Positions 1 through 8,385 of a stretch of DNA of 13,477 nucleotides are shown here, in pieces. Below the pieces are notes generated by a model. It was not told the DNA's origin and did no database searches. It saw nothing but the letters and a program-made list of their open reading frames with translations. Positions within the stretch are counted from its first letter, which is position 1. Every line of letters starts with the position of its first letter. The stretch spans positions 1 through 13,477 of the forward strand of contig JAUVWI010000091.1 in the NCBI GenBank assembly GCA_030604195.1, given 5' to 3'. A program made the translations under genes and the position numbers. The DNA is from Spirochaetales bacterium. GTDB lineage: Bacteria; Spirochaetota; Spirochaetia; SZUA-6; DRHE01.

Positions 1-159
1 ATCTCAACATCAACAACCCCAGAGGTGAGGTTTGCGCATCGAACTTGTTCGCCACTGACAACCACCATTTCCAAATTCGCCAGCCACCCCGGCGCTCTTC
101 ATTCAGAGTTATGGGGAATTTCTAGGTTTTGTCCGGCTAACTTCGTACTGTGGCCGGGT

Positions 160-1794
160 TTAAATCTCAAGCAGGTGGTGTCCGTGGTAATGCCGGTCCC
201 TGAGCTCCCTGATGTCTTCATTCGCAAGATAATCATCGAATCTCATTCTCCTGTCAATGCTGCCGGCGGGCGTGAACTCGATAATGCGGTTCGCGATACT
301 GTCGACAAACTGATGGTCATGACTTGTAAAAAGAAGGACGCCTTTGAATTCGATAAGTCCGTCATTCAGAGCGGTGATAGCCTCGAGGTCCAGGTGGTTG
401 GTCGGCTCATCAAGGATAAGAGCGTTGGCACAGGAAAGCATCAGCTTTGCGAGCATGCAGCGGACCTTCTCGCCGCCAGAAAGCACGTTCACCGGCTTCA
501 AGGATTCATCTCCCGAAAAGAGCATTCGTCCCAGGAAACCGCGGACGTATGATTCTTCTTCAACAGCGGTATACTGGCGCAGCCAGTCAATTATGCTCAA
601 AGTAGATTCGAACCAGGCGCTGTTGTCCTTGGGCAGATAATCCATCCTGATGGTGATTCCCCATTCGATCGAACCTTCGAAGGCCCTTATCTCTCCTGCC
701 AGGGCCTGGTAAAGCATTGTTTTTGCCTGGTGAAAGGGGCCGACGAATGCAATCTTCTCTCCCGGCTCAACACTCATGGTGAAATTCTTCAGCATCGTCT
801 CATCCCCGGCAGAAAGGGTCAAACCTTTTACCTCCAGGACCTTCTTGCCGCACTCCCGTTCGGGACTGAAACCTATATAGGGTGATTTCCGGCTTGACGG
901 TTTTATATCGTCTATCGAAAGCTTTTCAACCAATTTTTGCCGGCTCGTCGCCTGCTTTGATCTGGCAGCGTTGGAAGAAAACCGCTGGATAAACTCCTGA
1001 AGTTCGGCAATTTTATCCTCGCGCCGTTTTTTCTGATCCCGCATCTGCTTTGCTACCAGCTGGCTGGAGTGATACCAGAAATTATAATTCCCGGCAAAGA
1101 GCGAGATCTTGCCAAAGTCGATATCCGCGATATGGGTACAGACTTTATTCAAAAAGTGCCGGTCATGGGAGACAACTATGACGGTATTTTTGAACTGAAA
1201 GAGAAAATCCTCCAGCCAGGTTACCGACTCAAGATCCAGGTTATTAGTTGGTTCATCGAGCAGCAGGATATCCGGCTCCCCGAAAAGGGCCTGGGCAAGG
1301 AGAACCCTTACCTTTTGCGTTCCGTCCAGCTCGGACATCTTGCGGGTGAGAAAATCATCCGAAATGCCCAGGCCGGACAAAAGGCGCCCGGTTTCTGCTT
1401 CTGCCTCCCAGCCGCCCATTTCGGCAAATTCATTTTCGAGCTCCGCTGCCCGCATACCATCCTGGTCCGAAAAATCGGCCCTTGCGTAAATCCGGTCTCT
1501 TTCAACCATCACGTCGTATAGTTTTTTATGCCCCATAATTACAGTATGGAGGACGGAATACTGATCAAACTGAAACTGGTCCTGTCTTAAGACCGCAAGC
1601 CTTTCACCAGGGGTTATGACAACTTCGCCGGAATCCGCCTGGATATCCCCGGAGAGAATGTTCAGGAAGGTGGATTTTCCGGCTCCATTTGCCCCGATAA
1701 CACCGTAACAGTTGCCGGGTGTAAACTTGATATTAACCCCTTTAAAGAGGTTCTGCTCTCCGAAGGAGAGGCTGATATTCAATGCACTTATCAT
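160..1794 (-). CDS. ABC-F family tandem ATP-binding-cassette protein (YbiT/Uup/EttA-like, soluble; no transmembrane domain)
   Basis: The 544-aa ORF carries two NBDs. NBD1 has Walker A GANGAGKST and Walker B ILLLDEPTNNLD. NBD2 has signature LSGGEKVR, Walker B ILDEPTNHLD and H-loop SHDH. A charged linker (QKKRREDKIAELQEF...) between the domains is typical of ABC-F. An AAGGAA SD sits 7 nt upstream of the ATG at 1794. Confidence 0.9.
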   Translation of the reverse strand: MISALNISLSFGEQNLFKGVNIKFTPGNCYGVIGANGAGKSTFLNILSGDIQADSGEVVITPGERLAVLRQDQFQFDQYSVLHTVIMGHKKLYDVMVERDRIYARADFSDQDGMRAAELENEFAEMGGWEAEAETGRLLSGLGISDDFLTRKMSELDGTQKVRVLLAQALFGEPDILLLDEPTNNLDLESVTWLEDFLFQFKNTVIVVSHDRHFLNKVCTHIADIDFGKISLFAGNYNFWYHSSQLVAKQMRDQKKRREDKIAELQEFIQRFSSNAARSKQATSRQKLVEKLSIDDIKPSSRKSPYIGFSPERECGKKVLEVKGLTLSAGDETMLKNFTMSVEPGEKIAFVGPFHQAKTMLYQALAGEIRAFEGSIEWGITIRMDYLPKDNSAWFESTLSIIDWLRQYTAVEEESYVRGFLGRMLFSGDESLKPVNVLSGGEKVRCMLAKLMLSCANALILDEPTNHLDLEAITALNDGLIEFKGVLLFTSHDHQFVDSIANRIIEFTPAGSIDRRMRFDDYLANEDIRELRDRHYHGHHLLEI

Positions 1795-1944
1795 TTAGAG
1801 TTCCTTGTAATGTATATAGTGATAACTCAAAGGAGTTTCCTAAAACGGGCCTTATCATAGCCGACATTAAGGGCCACGCAATTCACGGCGGCACCGGTAT
1901 CGGACTACAGTATTTTTAAAGGGCTGTCCCTCCGAAGGCAGGCG

Positions 1945-2746
1945 TCACCGCGGAGGTATATTCTTTTTCCTCCCTTGAGGAGCTTCTTCATCAGGATCGG
2001 GCGTTTTGAACCTTGTATACAGGTATCGCTTGATAGTTTTCTTCGGAGTTTTTTCAAAGGGCTCCTCCTCATGCCGTAGTTTAGCAATTTTGGAAAAAAC
2101 ATTAAGTTGTTTGTTAACCTTTTTAAGGAGCTCCTTTGTATATTCCGCCACATTTTCGGAAGCATGTTGTGCTTCCTCTTTGATATGTTTGATTGATTCT
2201 GCCTGTGGCTGAGAAACGTGAGTTTTTCGCATTTTCTCCGGCAATAAGAGGGGATGTCTCTGTCAGTCCATAACCAATAGCATAGGGGAACCCCGCATCC
2301 TTGAGATCCGAAAGGGACATGCCGGGGGGAATAAGAGTAAAGTCATCAATAAGGATGAATTCATAGTCCTTGCCGGTATTCAGGTACTGGACCTTTTCAT
2401 ATATCTTTCTGGAAACGAAAACGATTCTTGATTCCGAGTGGCTCAGGATATTTCTGATCTCATCCGGGTGGAAATCAGGAAGAATGGGTACAATAATTCC
2501 TCCTGCCATACTGATTCCAAAGTAGGCGACACCCCAGTTAGGCATATTTTCGGAGAGGATGGCAATTTTGTCACCTTTACTAATATTTCCGGCAGCTAGA
2601 AAAGCAGCAACTCTGCCGGCAGCCGCTCCGGTGTCAGTAAAGCTAAGGGGTTCATCATTTACAAAAGATAGTGCTGGAGTGTTTCCATAGAGCCGTACAC
2701 TCCTTTTTATAATAGCTGTCAGGGTTAATTTATCCAGAATTTCCAT
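1945..2746 (-). pseudogene. Long-chain acyl-CoA synthetase (AMP-binding / FACS family) relic with internal deletion and frameshift
   Basis: The N-terminal ~170 aa (MEILDKLTLTAIIKRSVRLYGNTPALSF...GDKIAILSENMPNW...) resemble AMP-binding enzymes. They run directly into the A5 motif GYGLTETSP, skipping the obligatory TSGTTGxPKG (A3) region of ~250 aa. After ...AGENAKNSRF the frame switches. In another frame the FACS C-terminal tail is recognisable (VNKQLNVFSKIAKLRHEEEPFEKTPKKTIKRYLY, cf. ...KIKKF.LL...GELTPTLK.KR). The ORF-track ORF 2123-2986 runs upstream of the true start (ATG 2746-2744) into the intergenic region. Confidence 0.6.
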
Positions 2747-2778
2747 GATCCATACCTTGCTTTGTATAATAGCATATT

Positions 2779-2817
2779 TGCACTTTAAAAGTAATAGATT
2801 TCTCTTAAAAAAGTGCA
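2779..2817. promoter_or_regulatory. Inverted repeat TGCACTTT-N23-AAAGTGCA upstream of the acyl-CoA synthetase relic
   Basis: Perfect 8-bp arms at 2779-2786 and 2810-2817 in the divergent intergenic region. This may be an operator or hairpin; no function can be assigned. Confidence 0.25.
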
Positions 2818-2875
2818 GACGAATTGTTCGCCCTGCTTCCTGCGTGCCCTCCCTGTTGCGCTGAAAAATAAAGAC

Positions 2876-2904
2876 TTGACATTTTATAATACTAATGCTA
2901 TAGT
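2876..2904 (+). promoter_or_regulatory. Sigma70-type promoter of the GntR-SPFH-ABC operon (TTGACA-N17-TATAGT)
   Basis: TTGACA at 2876-2881, an exact 17-nt spacer, then TATAGT at 2899-2904. It lies ~55 nt upstream of the GntR ATG at 2958, with an AG-rich SD (GGAGAGGGGGA) in between. Confidence 0.5.
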
Positions 2905-2933
2905 TTATTAGTACAATATAGATTGTATACAAC
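2890..2933. promoter_or_regulatory. Operator-like array of TACWAT half-sites forming two overlapping perfect palindromes
   Basis: The first palindrome is TACTAAT (2890-2896)-N10-ATTAGTA (2907-2913) and straddles the -10 hexamer. The second is TACAAT (2912-2917)-N4-ATTGTA (2922-2927). An extra half-site TACAAC lies at 2928-2933. The array sits between the promoter and the RBS of a GntR-family gene, consistent with autoregulation. Confidence 0.45.
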
Positions 2934-2957
2934 ATAAAGAGAGGGAGAGGGGGATGT

Positions 2958-3350
2958 ATGGCGACTGAGGTCGACACAACGCTCAAGTTCAGCCTGGATC
3001 TAAAAAGCGGAGTTCCCTTTTACAAGCAGGTAATATTGCAGGTCGAGATGGCCATAGTAGATGGAAGGCTTGGAAACGGCGATCAATTGCCTACGGTCCG
3101 AAGTCTGGCAGTGGCGCTGAAAATCAACCCTAATACTGTTGCACGGGCCTATAACGAGATGGAAATCCGGGGAATTGTTAACACTCAGCAGGGCACTGGA
3201 ACATTTATCAGCGACAAAAAAATTGAACTGACAGAGGTGGAAAAAGAGAGAATTCTCTCAGAGATGACCCGCCCCTACCTGTCAAATGCCAGGGCCTACG
3301 GATTTACTCTGGAAGATTTAATTAGACACCTGCAGAGCATGGCAGGTTAA
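2958..3350 (+). CDS. GntR-family transcriptional regulator, short YtrA-like subfamily (130 aa)
   Basis: Winged-HTH signature LPTVRSLAVALKINPNTVARAYNEMEIRGIVNTQQGTGTFIS. Only ~60 aa follow the DNA-binding domain, matching the YtrA subfamily that typically heads ABC-transporter operons. The stop is followed 9 nt later by the next gene. Confidence 0.85.
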   Translation: MATEVDTTLKFSLDLKSGVPFYKQVILQVEMAIVDGRLGNGDQLPTVRSLAVALKINPNTVARAYNEMEIRGIVNTQQGTGTFISDKKIELTEVEKERILSEMTRPYLSNARAYGFTLEDLIRHLQSMAG

Positions 3351-3359
3351 GGAGGAGAG

Positions 3360-4451
3360 ATGAAACTGGGAACGAACAAGTTTGATAGAATTAAGAATGT
3401 GCAGGGTTTTTCAATAAAGAAGGATTTTGTATTCAATGTGTTTTCCTTCATGATACTGGCTCTATTTTTTGGGGCTGCATTGGCTGTTCAGACCATCTTT
3501 ATAGGGCCGCTGGACCCCCTGATTATGGGAAAAACAGCAGGCAGTATTATTGGAGTAGGTATTCTTCTTGCTGCTGCACCTCTATGGGCCATTGTAATTC
3601 TGATGATTATTCTTATCTGGGCCGGGATGCTGCTAATGGAACTGGGCAACCTCTACCTGATGTTCAGTATTATTTCTCTTGGAATTGTGCTGGCTCCGTC
3701 TTTTCAAATTATCCTGGAATGGGATAAGGCAGTTATACTGCGGCTTGGGAAATTCAGGAAGGTACACGGCCCGGGAATATTCTTCATAGTTCCTATAATT
3801 GACAGAATAGCCAAGAAAATTGATACCAGAATAAGAGCTACCGATTTCAGCGCCGAAAAAACACTGACAAAAGATACTGTACCGGTACATGTAGATGCTC
3901 TGGCATTCTGGATGATATGGGATGCTCAGAAAGCAGTGCTGGAGGTGGAAAACTTCCTTGAAGCAGTAACACTTTCTGCTCAGACTGCGCTAAGGGCATC
4001 CATAGGAAAAAATAAACTGACTACTCTTCTCTCTGACAGGGATTATATCTGTAACGAGATTCAGCAGATGCTGGATGCAAAAACCAATTCCTGGGGTATT
4101 TCAATTCTGTCGGTAGAGATTACGGATATTATTATTCCGGAGAATCTGGAGGATGCAATGAGCAAACAGGCCCAGGCAGAGAGGGAAAAAGAAGCTCGCG
4201 TTATCCTGGCCAGTGCAGAGGTGGAAATTGCTGCGAAATTCGAAAAAGCAGCGGAGCACTACCAGGGAAATCCCACAGCCCTTCACCTAAGGGCCATGAA
4301 CATAGCCTACGAAGGACTCCGTCAGAAAGGATCGCTCATGGTGCTGCCATCCTCGGCTCTGGACAGTATGAATATAGGTTCAACTATGGGACTGGCCGCA
4401 TTGGATAAGGTAGAAAAAATAGAAAAGGCAAAAAATGGAGAAGATAAATGA
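3360..4451 (+). CDS. SPFH/band-7 (stomatin/HflK-C-like) membrane protein with extended N-terminal region predicted to form three transmembrane helices
   Basis: Strong SD GGAGGAGAG lies immediately upstream. Residues ~1-115 contain three hydrophobic helices. The SPFH core follows (ILEWDKAVILRLGKFRKVHGPGIFFIVPIIDRI...SWGISILSVEITDI...QAQAEREKEARVILASAEVEIA). The stop overlaps the next start (ATGA at 4448-4451). Confidence 0.85.
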   Translation: MKLGTNKFDRIKNVQGFSIKKDFVFNVFSFMILALFFGAALAVQTIFIGPLDPLIMGKTAGSIIGVGILLAAAPLWAIVILMIILIWAGMLLMELGNLYLMFSIISLGIVLAPSFQIILEWDKAVILRLGKFRKVHGPGIFFIVPIIDRIAKKIDTRIRATDFSAEKTLTKDTVPVHVDALAFWMIWDAQKAVLEVENFLEAVTLSAQTALRASIGKNKLTTLLSDRDYICNEIQQMLDAKTNSWGISILSVEITDIIIPENLEDAMSKQAQAEREKEARVILASAEVEIAAKFEKAAEHYQGNPTALHLRAMNIAYEGLRQKGSLMVLPSSALDSMNIGSTMGLAALDKVEKIEKAKNGEDK

Positions 4452-5131
4452 TTACCGTAAAAGATGTTAAGAAAAACTATCAGGCTGGTGAAACAGAAGT
4501 AAAGGCCCTGAGAGGTGTTAATCTCGATATCGAAAAAGGCGAGTTTATGTCTATTGCCGGACCTTCGGGCTCTGGAAAAACTACCTTGCTAAACCTGATT
4601 GGCTGCCTCGATAAGGCAGATTCAGGTGAGATAACAGTAGACGGGATTATAATCAAAAACCAGAAAAAAAAGGAATTGGCTCTCTTAAGAAGAGGAAGAA
4701 TAGGGTTTGTCTTTCAGTCTTTTAACCTGATTCCCGTACTTTCCGCCTTTGAAAACGTCTCTTTCGTACTCTCCCTTCTTAATCTTCCAGACGCAGAAAT
4801 AAAGAAAAGGACCGGGGATATCCTGAATGAGGTAGGCCTCGGAGATATGATGGACAGAAGGCCGAACCAGCTTTCGGGAGGTCAGCAGCAACGAGTAGCC
4901 ATTGCCCGGGCCCTGGTAAAAAACCCCCTGCTCGTTCTTGCAGATGAACCTACTGCAAACCTGGATTCAGAAACGGGTGAAGATATACTGAAGCTGATGA
5001 AGAACCTTAATAAGAAGCATAATACCACATTTATTTTTTCAACCCACGATCCTATGGTAATGGATTATGCCGACAGACTGGTCCTCCTTCATGATGGAAA
5101 AATTCTGTCAGACAAAGTAAAGGAGGCATAA
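4448..5131 (+). CDS. ABC transporter ATP-binding protein, MacB/LolD/FtsE type
   Basis: Walker [11 protein letters not shown]-loop, signature [15 protein letters not shown], Walker [13 protein letters not shown] and H-loop STHD. The 227-aa size is typical of the family. The gene is translationally coupled to the gene upstream. Confidence 0.9.
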   Translation: MITVKDVKKNYQAGETEVKALRGVNLDIEKGEFMSIAGPSGSGKTTLLNLIGCLDKADSGEITVDGIIIKNQKKKELALLRRGRIGFVFQSFNLIPVLSAFENVSFVLSLLNLPDAEIKKRTGDILNEVGLGDMMDRRPNQLSGGQQQRVAIARALVKNPLLVLADEPTANLDSETGEDILKLMKNLNKKHNTTFIFSTHDPMVMDYADRLVLLHDGKILSDKVKEA

Positions 5132-5132
5132 G

Positions 5133-6386
5133 ATGAAATTTCTTATTATCCTGGCCTGGAAGAACCTGTCCAGGTACAAGAAGAGGACCATTATTACAGC
5201 TGGCGCGCTTGCTTTCGGCATAGGATTGTACATATTCATGGATTCCATGTTGATGGGGGCTGAAGTTGAATCGGAACGTAACCTTATCTGGTTCGAGACA
5301 AGCTCCGCACGGATAATGCACCAGGATTACTGGTCGGAAAAAGATTCACTACCCTTAAAGTATGCCCTGGATAACACAGATGAGCTGCTGGCCAGGCTGG
5401 ATAAAGAGGGAATTGCGGCAACACCAAGAACTGTGTTTTTTGGAGAGATTATTATGCTGAAAGACCCCTATCCGGAAGATGGATCCATGTTTACAAAGAT
5501 TTTTGCAATCGATCCTGCTACAGATGAAGATGTTTTTGAGTTTAAAAAGACCATCGAAGCCGGCAGATATCTTGAACCCGGAGAAGAGGGTGTTATGCTG
5601 GGGTCATGGCTGGCAGAGGATATAGGAGCAGAAATAGGCTTCCCTTTAACAATAGTTACCAGGGGAAGAGACGGATACAAGCAGACCATTGATGTGGAAG
5701 TTGTTGGTATCATTAACTGTCCAAACCCATACATTAACAGAGCTTCTCTGTTTATCCCTCTGGATACCGCAGATTATTATCTGGCCATGGAGGGTGGAGT
5801 TACAGAGATTGATCTTAAATACAAAGATTATAACGAAGCTGAAAAAGTATCGATAGAACTGGAGAAAAAGCTTGGAAAGGATCTTAACGGCTGGGTTATC
5901 CTCCCCTGGCAGATACTGGCAAAAGATTATGTAATGTTTTCTGAGATGAAAAAGGGAGGTTCCAGTATCTTCCTCCTTTTAGTATTTGTCATTGCCGCCG
6001 TAGGCGTTTCAAACACTATGCTGATGGCTGTTTTTGAGCGGGAAAGGGAATTGGGTATGATGAGAGCCATGGGCATGAAAGACTCACAGGTAAAAACAAC
6101 CTTCTTTATTGAGGCAGCCGGCATTGGCATAATCGGTTCTATATTCGGTATTATCCTCGGTGTTATACTCGACTTCTGGCTTGTGAACTACGGAATCGAC
6201 TTTTCATTTATGATACGGGATATGGATATAGGTTATAGAATCTCAGGTATTTTTTACGGCGCCTGGAACTTTACAACCATGATCCAGGCCCTTATTATCG
6301 GGGTGTTTATGACCGTAGGTGTTGCATATTTTCCAATAAGGCGTGGCCTTAAACTTGAGATTACCGAATGCCTGAGAGACAAGTAA
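5133..6386 (+). CDS. ABC transporter permease, FtsX/MacB/LolC-E family (paralogue 1)
   Basis: The N-terminus LAWKNLSRYKKRTIITAGALAFGIGLYIF forms TM1. A ~230-aa periplasmic domain follows, then three C-terminal TM helices (...FLLLVFVIAAVGVSNTMLMAVFERERELGMMRAMGM...). AAGGAGG SD upstream; the start is 1 nt after the previous stop. Confidence 0.85.
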   Translation: MKFLIILAWKNLSRYKKRTIITAGALAFGIGLYIFMDSMLMGAEVESERNLIWFETSSARIMHQDYWSEKDSLPLKYALDNTDELLARLDKEGIAATPRTVFFGEIIMLKDPYPEDGSMFTKIFAIDPATDEDVFEFKKTIEAGRYLEPGEEGVMLGSWLAEDIGAEIGFPLTIVTRGRDGYKQTIDVEVVGIINCPNPYINRASLFIPLDTADYYLAMEGGVTEIDLKYKDYNEAEKVSIELEKKLGKDLNGWVILPWQILAKDYVMFSEMKKGGSSIFLLLVFVIAAVGVSNTMLMAVFERERELGMMRAMGMKDSQVKTTFFIEAAGIGIIGSIFGIILGVILDFWLVNYGIDFSFMIRDMDIGYRISGIFYGAWNFTTMIQALIIGVFMTVGVAYFPIRRGLKLEITECLRDK

Positions 6387-6398
6387 GGGGGGTATAAT

Positions 6399-7631
6399 AT
6401 GAAAGTAAGTAAAATTGCTTTTAGAAATATAAAAAGAAATAAGCGCCGGAGCATATTATCGGGATCAGCCATTGCTGTTGCAACCATGATGATAGTTTTA
6501 ATGTTTTCCCTGATCAACGGTATGCTTGTAGACATTGAGTGGAATGTTACCTCTTATGTTACCGGTCATGTACGGGTAAGAAACATTGAATATGATAAAA
6601 ATGAGATGTTTAATCCCCTCCATCTTAATATACCCGGGGCTGAACAGCGTATCCGTGAAATTGATGCAATCCCGGAAGTATCAATTGTGGCTCCAAGGAT
6701 AACTTTTCCAGGTATGGTATACAGAGGGGAAGATTCATATAAGATGCAGGGAGTGGGAGTTGATTTTACAAAGGAGCTTGAATTCCAGAAGCTGGCTGAA
6801 CACGTTGTTAAGGGCAGAATTCCGGAAGCCGGAAAAAACGAGGTCCTTATGGGTTTCGGTCTGGCCAAAAATATGGATTTAACAATTGGTGATAAGTATA
6901 CAGTTTTAACAAACACGGTATACAGGGGCTCAAACGGAATGACCTTTACTATAGTCGGGCTGGTTAATTTTGTTATATCAGGCATGAACACTACGACTTT
7001 TCTGGCGCCCATAGACAGGGTACAGAGGCTGGTAAAGGCCAACGATGCTGTTACTGAACTGCTTATAAAGATACCGGATGGAGATAATACAAAAACTGCA
7101 GCGGCGGCTGTTCAGGCTGTACTTGATAAAGATGGGAATTCTGGGTTGGCTGCAAAACCCTTCCAGGAACTCAGTTTCACCTATTCCTGGATTGAGATGG
7201 CTCAAGGCATCTACGATATCATGGCCCTGGTTTTCTTTATCCTGGCAAGTTCTGTAATAATTAATACAACCATGATGGTTATCTTTGAACGGATGAAGGA
7301 AATCGGTACTATAGGCGCTATGGGGATGACAGGAGGAGAAATCCAGAAACTGTTTTTCCTTGAAGCCTTCTACATAGGACTTATCGGTGCTCTGGCAGGA
7401 GTAATCCTGGGCATCGGGTTAACCATACCTCTTTCTATAACCGGTATTGATTTTAGCGCTTCAATGGAGGGAATTGACTTTGATATCTCAAATATTATCT
7501 ACCCCAAATTGAGTTTAAGATCAACTCTATTTGTTTATATCTACTCGGTTGCAGTTTCATCCCTTGCAACTATTATACCGACCCGGAAAGCAGCCCACAT
7601 AGAGCCGGTAGAGGCCCTTAGAAGCACCTAA
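6399..7631 (+). CDS. ABC transporter permease, FtsX/MacB/LolC-E family (paralogue 2)
   Basis: Same architecture as paralogue 1 (IAFRNIKRNKRRSILSGSAIAVATMMIV...; C-terminal FILASSVIINTTMMVIFERMKEIGTIGAMGM). Preceded by a G-rich SD. Confidence 0.85.
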   Translation: MKVSKIAFRNIKRNKRRSILSGSAIAVATMMIVLMFSLINGMLVDIEWNVTSYVTGHVRVRNIEYDKNEMFNPLHLNIPGAEQRIREIDAIPEVSIVAPRITFPGMVYRGEDSYKMQGVGVDFTKELEFQKLAEHVVKGRIPEAGKNEVLMGFGLAKNMDLTIGDKYTVLTNTVYRGSNGMTFTIVGLVNFVISGMNTTTFLAPIDRVQRLVKANDAVTELLIKIPDGDNTKTAAAAVQAVLDKDGNSGLAAKPFQELSFTYSWIEMAQGIYDIMALVFFILASSVIINTTMMVIFERMKEIGTIGAMGMTGGEIQKLFFLEAFYIGLIGALAGVILGIGLTIPLSITGIDFSASMEGIDFDISNIIYPKLSLRSTLFVYIYSVAVSSLATIIPTRKAAHIEPVEALRST

Positions 7632-7644
7632 AAAGGAGGAACTG

Positions 7645-8379
7645 ATGAAAAAGAAAATTTTTATACTAATAACTATGCTGATTTTTACGGCAGCCGCTCT
7701 ATTTGCCATAACGGCTGAAGAAATTATCGAAAAAATGGAACTTAACCTTGTCTATGATACTTCTATTGTAGAAGGGCGAATGGTTATCAACGACCGTTTC
7801 GGTAGCAGAACCAGCACCTATATTTCATATGCAGAAGGAGATGACAAATCCCTCCTTGAGTTTACAAATATAGAGGATGCGGGACAGAAGATACTCAGAC
7901 TTGAAGATGAGATATATCTCTACTACCCGGATGCCGAAGAAACCATACGTCTTCAGGGGGCGGCCCTGCGTCAGGCAGTAATGGGTTCCGATTTCTCATA
8001 CGAAGATATGACCGGAGACAAAGGAATCCTGGGTTCCTATTCAGTTACACTAAACGGAGAGGAGAGTATAGACGGAAATCCCTGCTACATCCTGACACTG
8101 ACAGCAAAAACCCGGGATGTACCCTATCAGAAAGAGATTATGTGGGTTGATAAGGAGCTTTTCATATACCGGCAGGTGCATAAACTGGCCAAGTCCGGAA
8201 AACTTCTAAAGGAGATGAAGCTAATGGACCTGATCAAAGTTGATGGTCTGTATATACCCTCAAGGTTGACCATGGTCGACAAGCTTAAACGCAACTCTTC
8301 TACCGAGTTCTACATGGATTCCATTGAGCTGGGTGTAGCTCTTCCGGCCGATATTTTCAGCATAGGTGAACTGTGGTAA
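7645..8379 (+). CDS. Secreted LolA-like / 'outer-membrane lipoprotein-sorting protein'-family periplasmic protein
   Basis: Signal peptide MKKKIFILITMLIFTAAALFA with no lipobox. The ~220-aa mature soluble protein sits immediately after the FtsX permeases, the usual place for the LolA-fold partner of such transporters. The fold assignment rests on context and remembered family resemblance and was not computed. AAGGAGG SD upstream. Confidence 0.5.
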   Translation: MKKKIFILITMLIFTAAALFAITAEEIIEKMELNLVYDTSIVEGRMVINDRFGSRTSTYISYAEGDDKSLLEFTNIEDAGQKILRLEDEIYLYYPDAEETIRLQGAALRQAVMGSDFSYEDMTGDKGILGSYSVTLNGEESIDGNPCYILTLTAKTRDVPYQKEIMWVDKELFIYRQVHKLAKSGKLLKEMKLMDLIKVDGLYIPSRLTMVDKLKRNSSTEFYMDSIELGVALPADIFSIGELW

Positions 8380-8385
8380 ACTGAT

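Noticed and set aside
125-165. CCGGC...GCCGG hairpin downstream of the ABC-F stop as a terminator
   Set aside because: The stem is only 5 bp, the loop is 15-16 nt, and no U-tract follows on the minus strand.
601-614. GGTTCGAATC (tRNA T-loop-like) on the minus strand
   Set aside because: It lies inside the ABC-F coding sequence with no acceptor or anticodon arms nearby. No tRNA, rRNA or CRISPR repeat array was recognisable anywhere in the window.
25-1521. ORF-track ORFs 25-552(+), 344-640(+), 1069-1521(+) and 1308-1505(-) overlapping the ABC-F gene
   Set aside because: They lie antisense to, or out of frame within, a strongly supported 544-aa ABC-F CDS. They have no motifs or RBS and their composition is not protein-like.
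1905-2244. ORFs 1905-2165(-), 1945-2244(-) and 2006-2212(+) as independent small genes
   Set aside because: The 1945-2244 frame is the displaced C-terminal tail of the acyl-CoA synthetase relic. The others are overlapping alternative frames without support.
2765-2770. Perfect TATAAT at 2765-2770 as the operon promoter
   Set aside because: No acceptable -35 hexamer sits at 16-18 bp spacing. The TTGACA-N17-TATAGT promoter at 2876-2904 is far better and correctly placed. The hexamer could still serve the divergent relic or be a weak secondary promoter.
2123-2986. The 287-aa ORF-track ORF as a real full-length gene
   Set aside because: Its first 80 codons run through the divergent promoter region, including the TTGACA/TATAGT promoter. 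Recognisable homology starts at MEILDKL (ATG 2746-2744), and the downstream part is frameshifted. It is treated as a pseudogene with start 2746.
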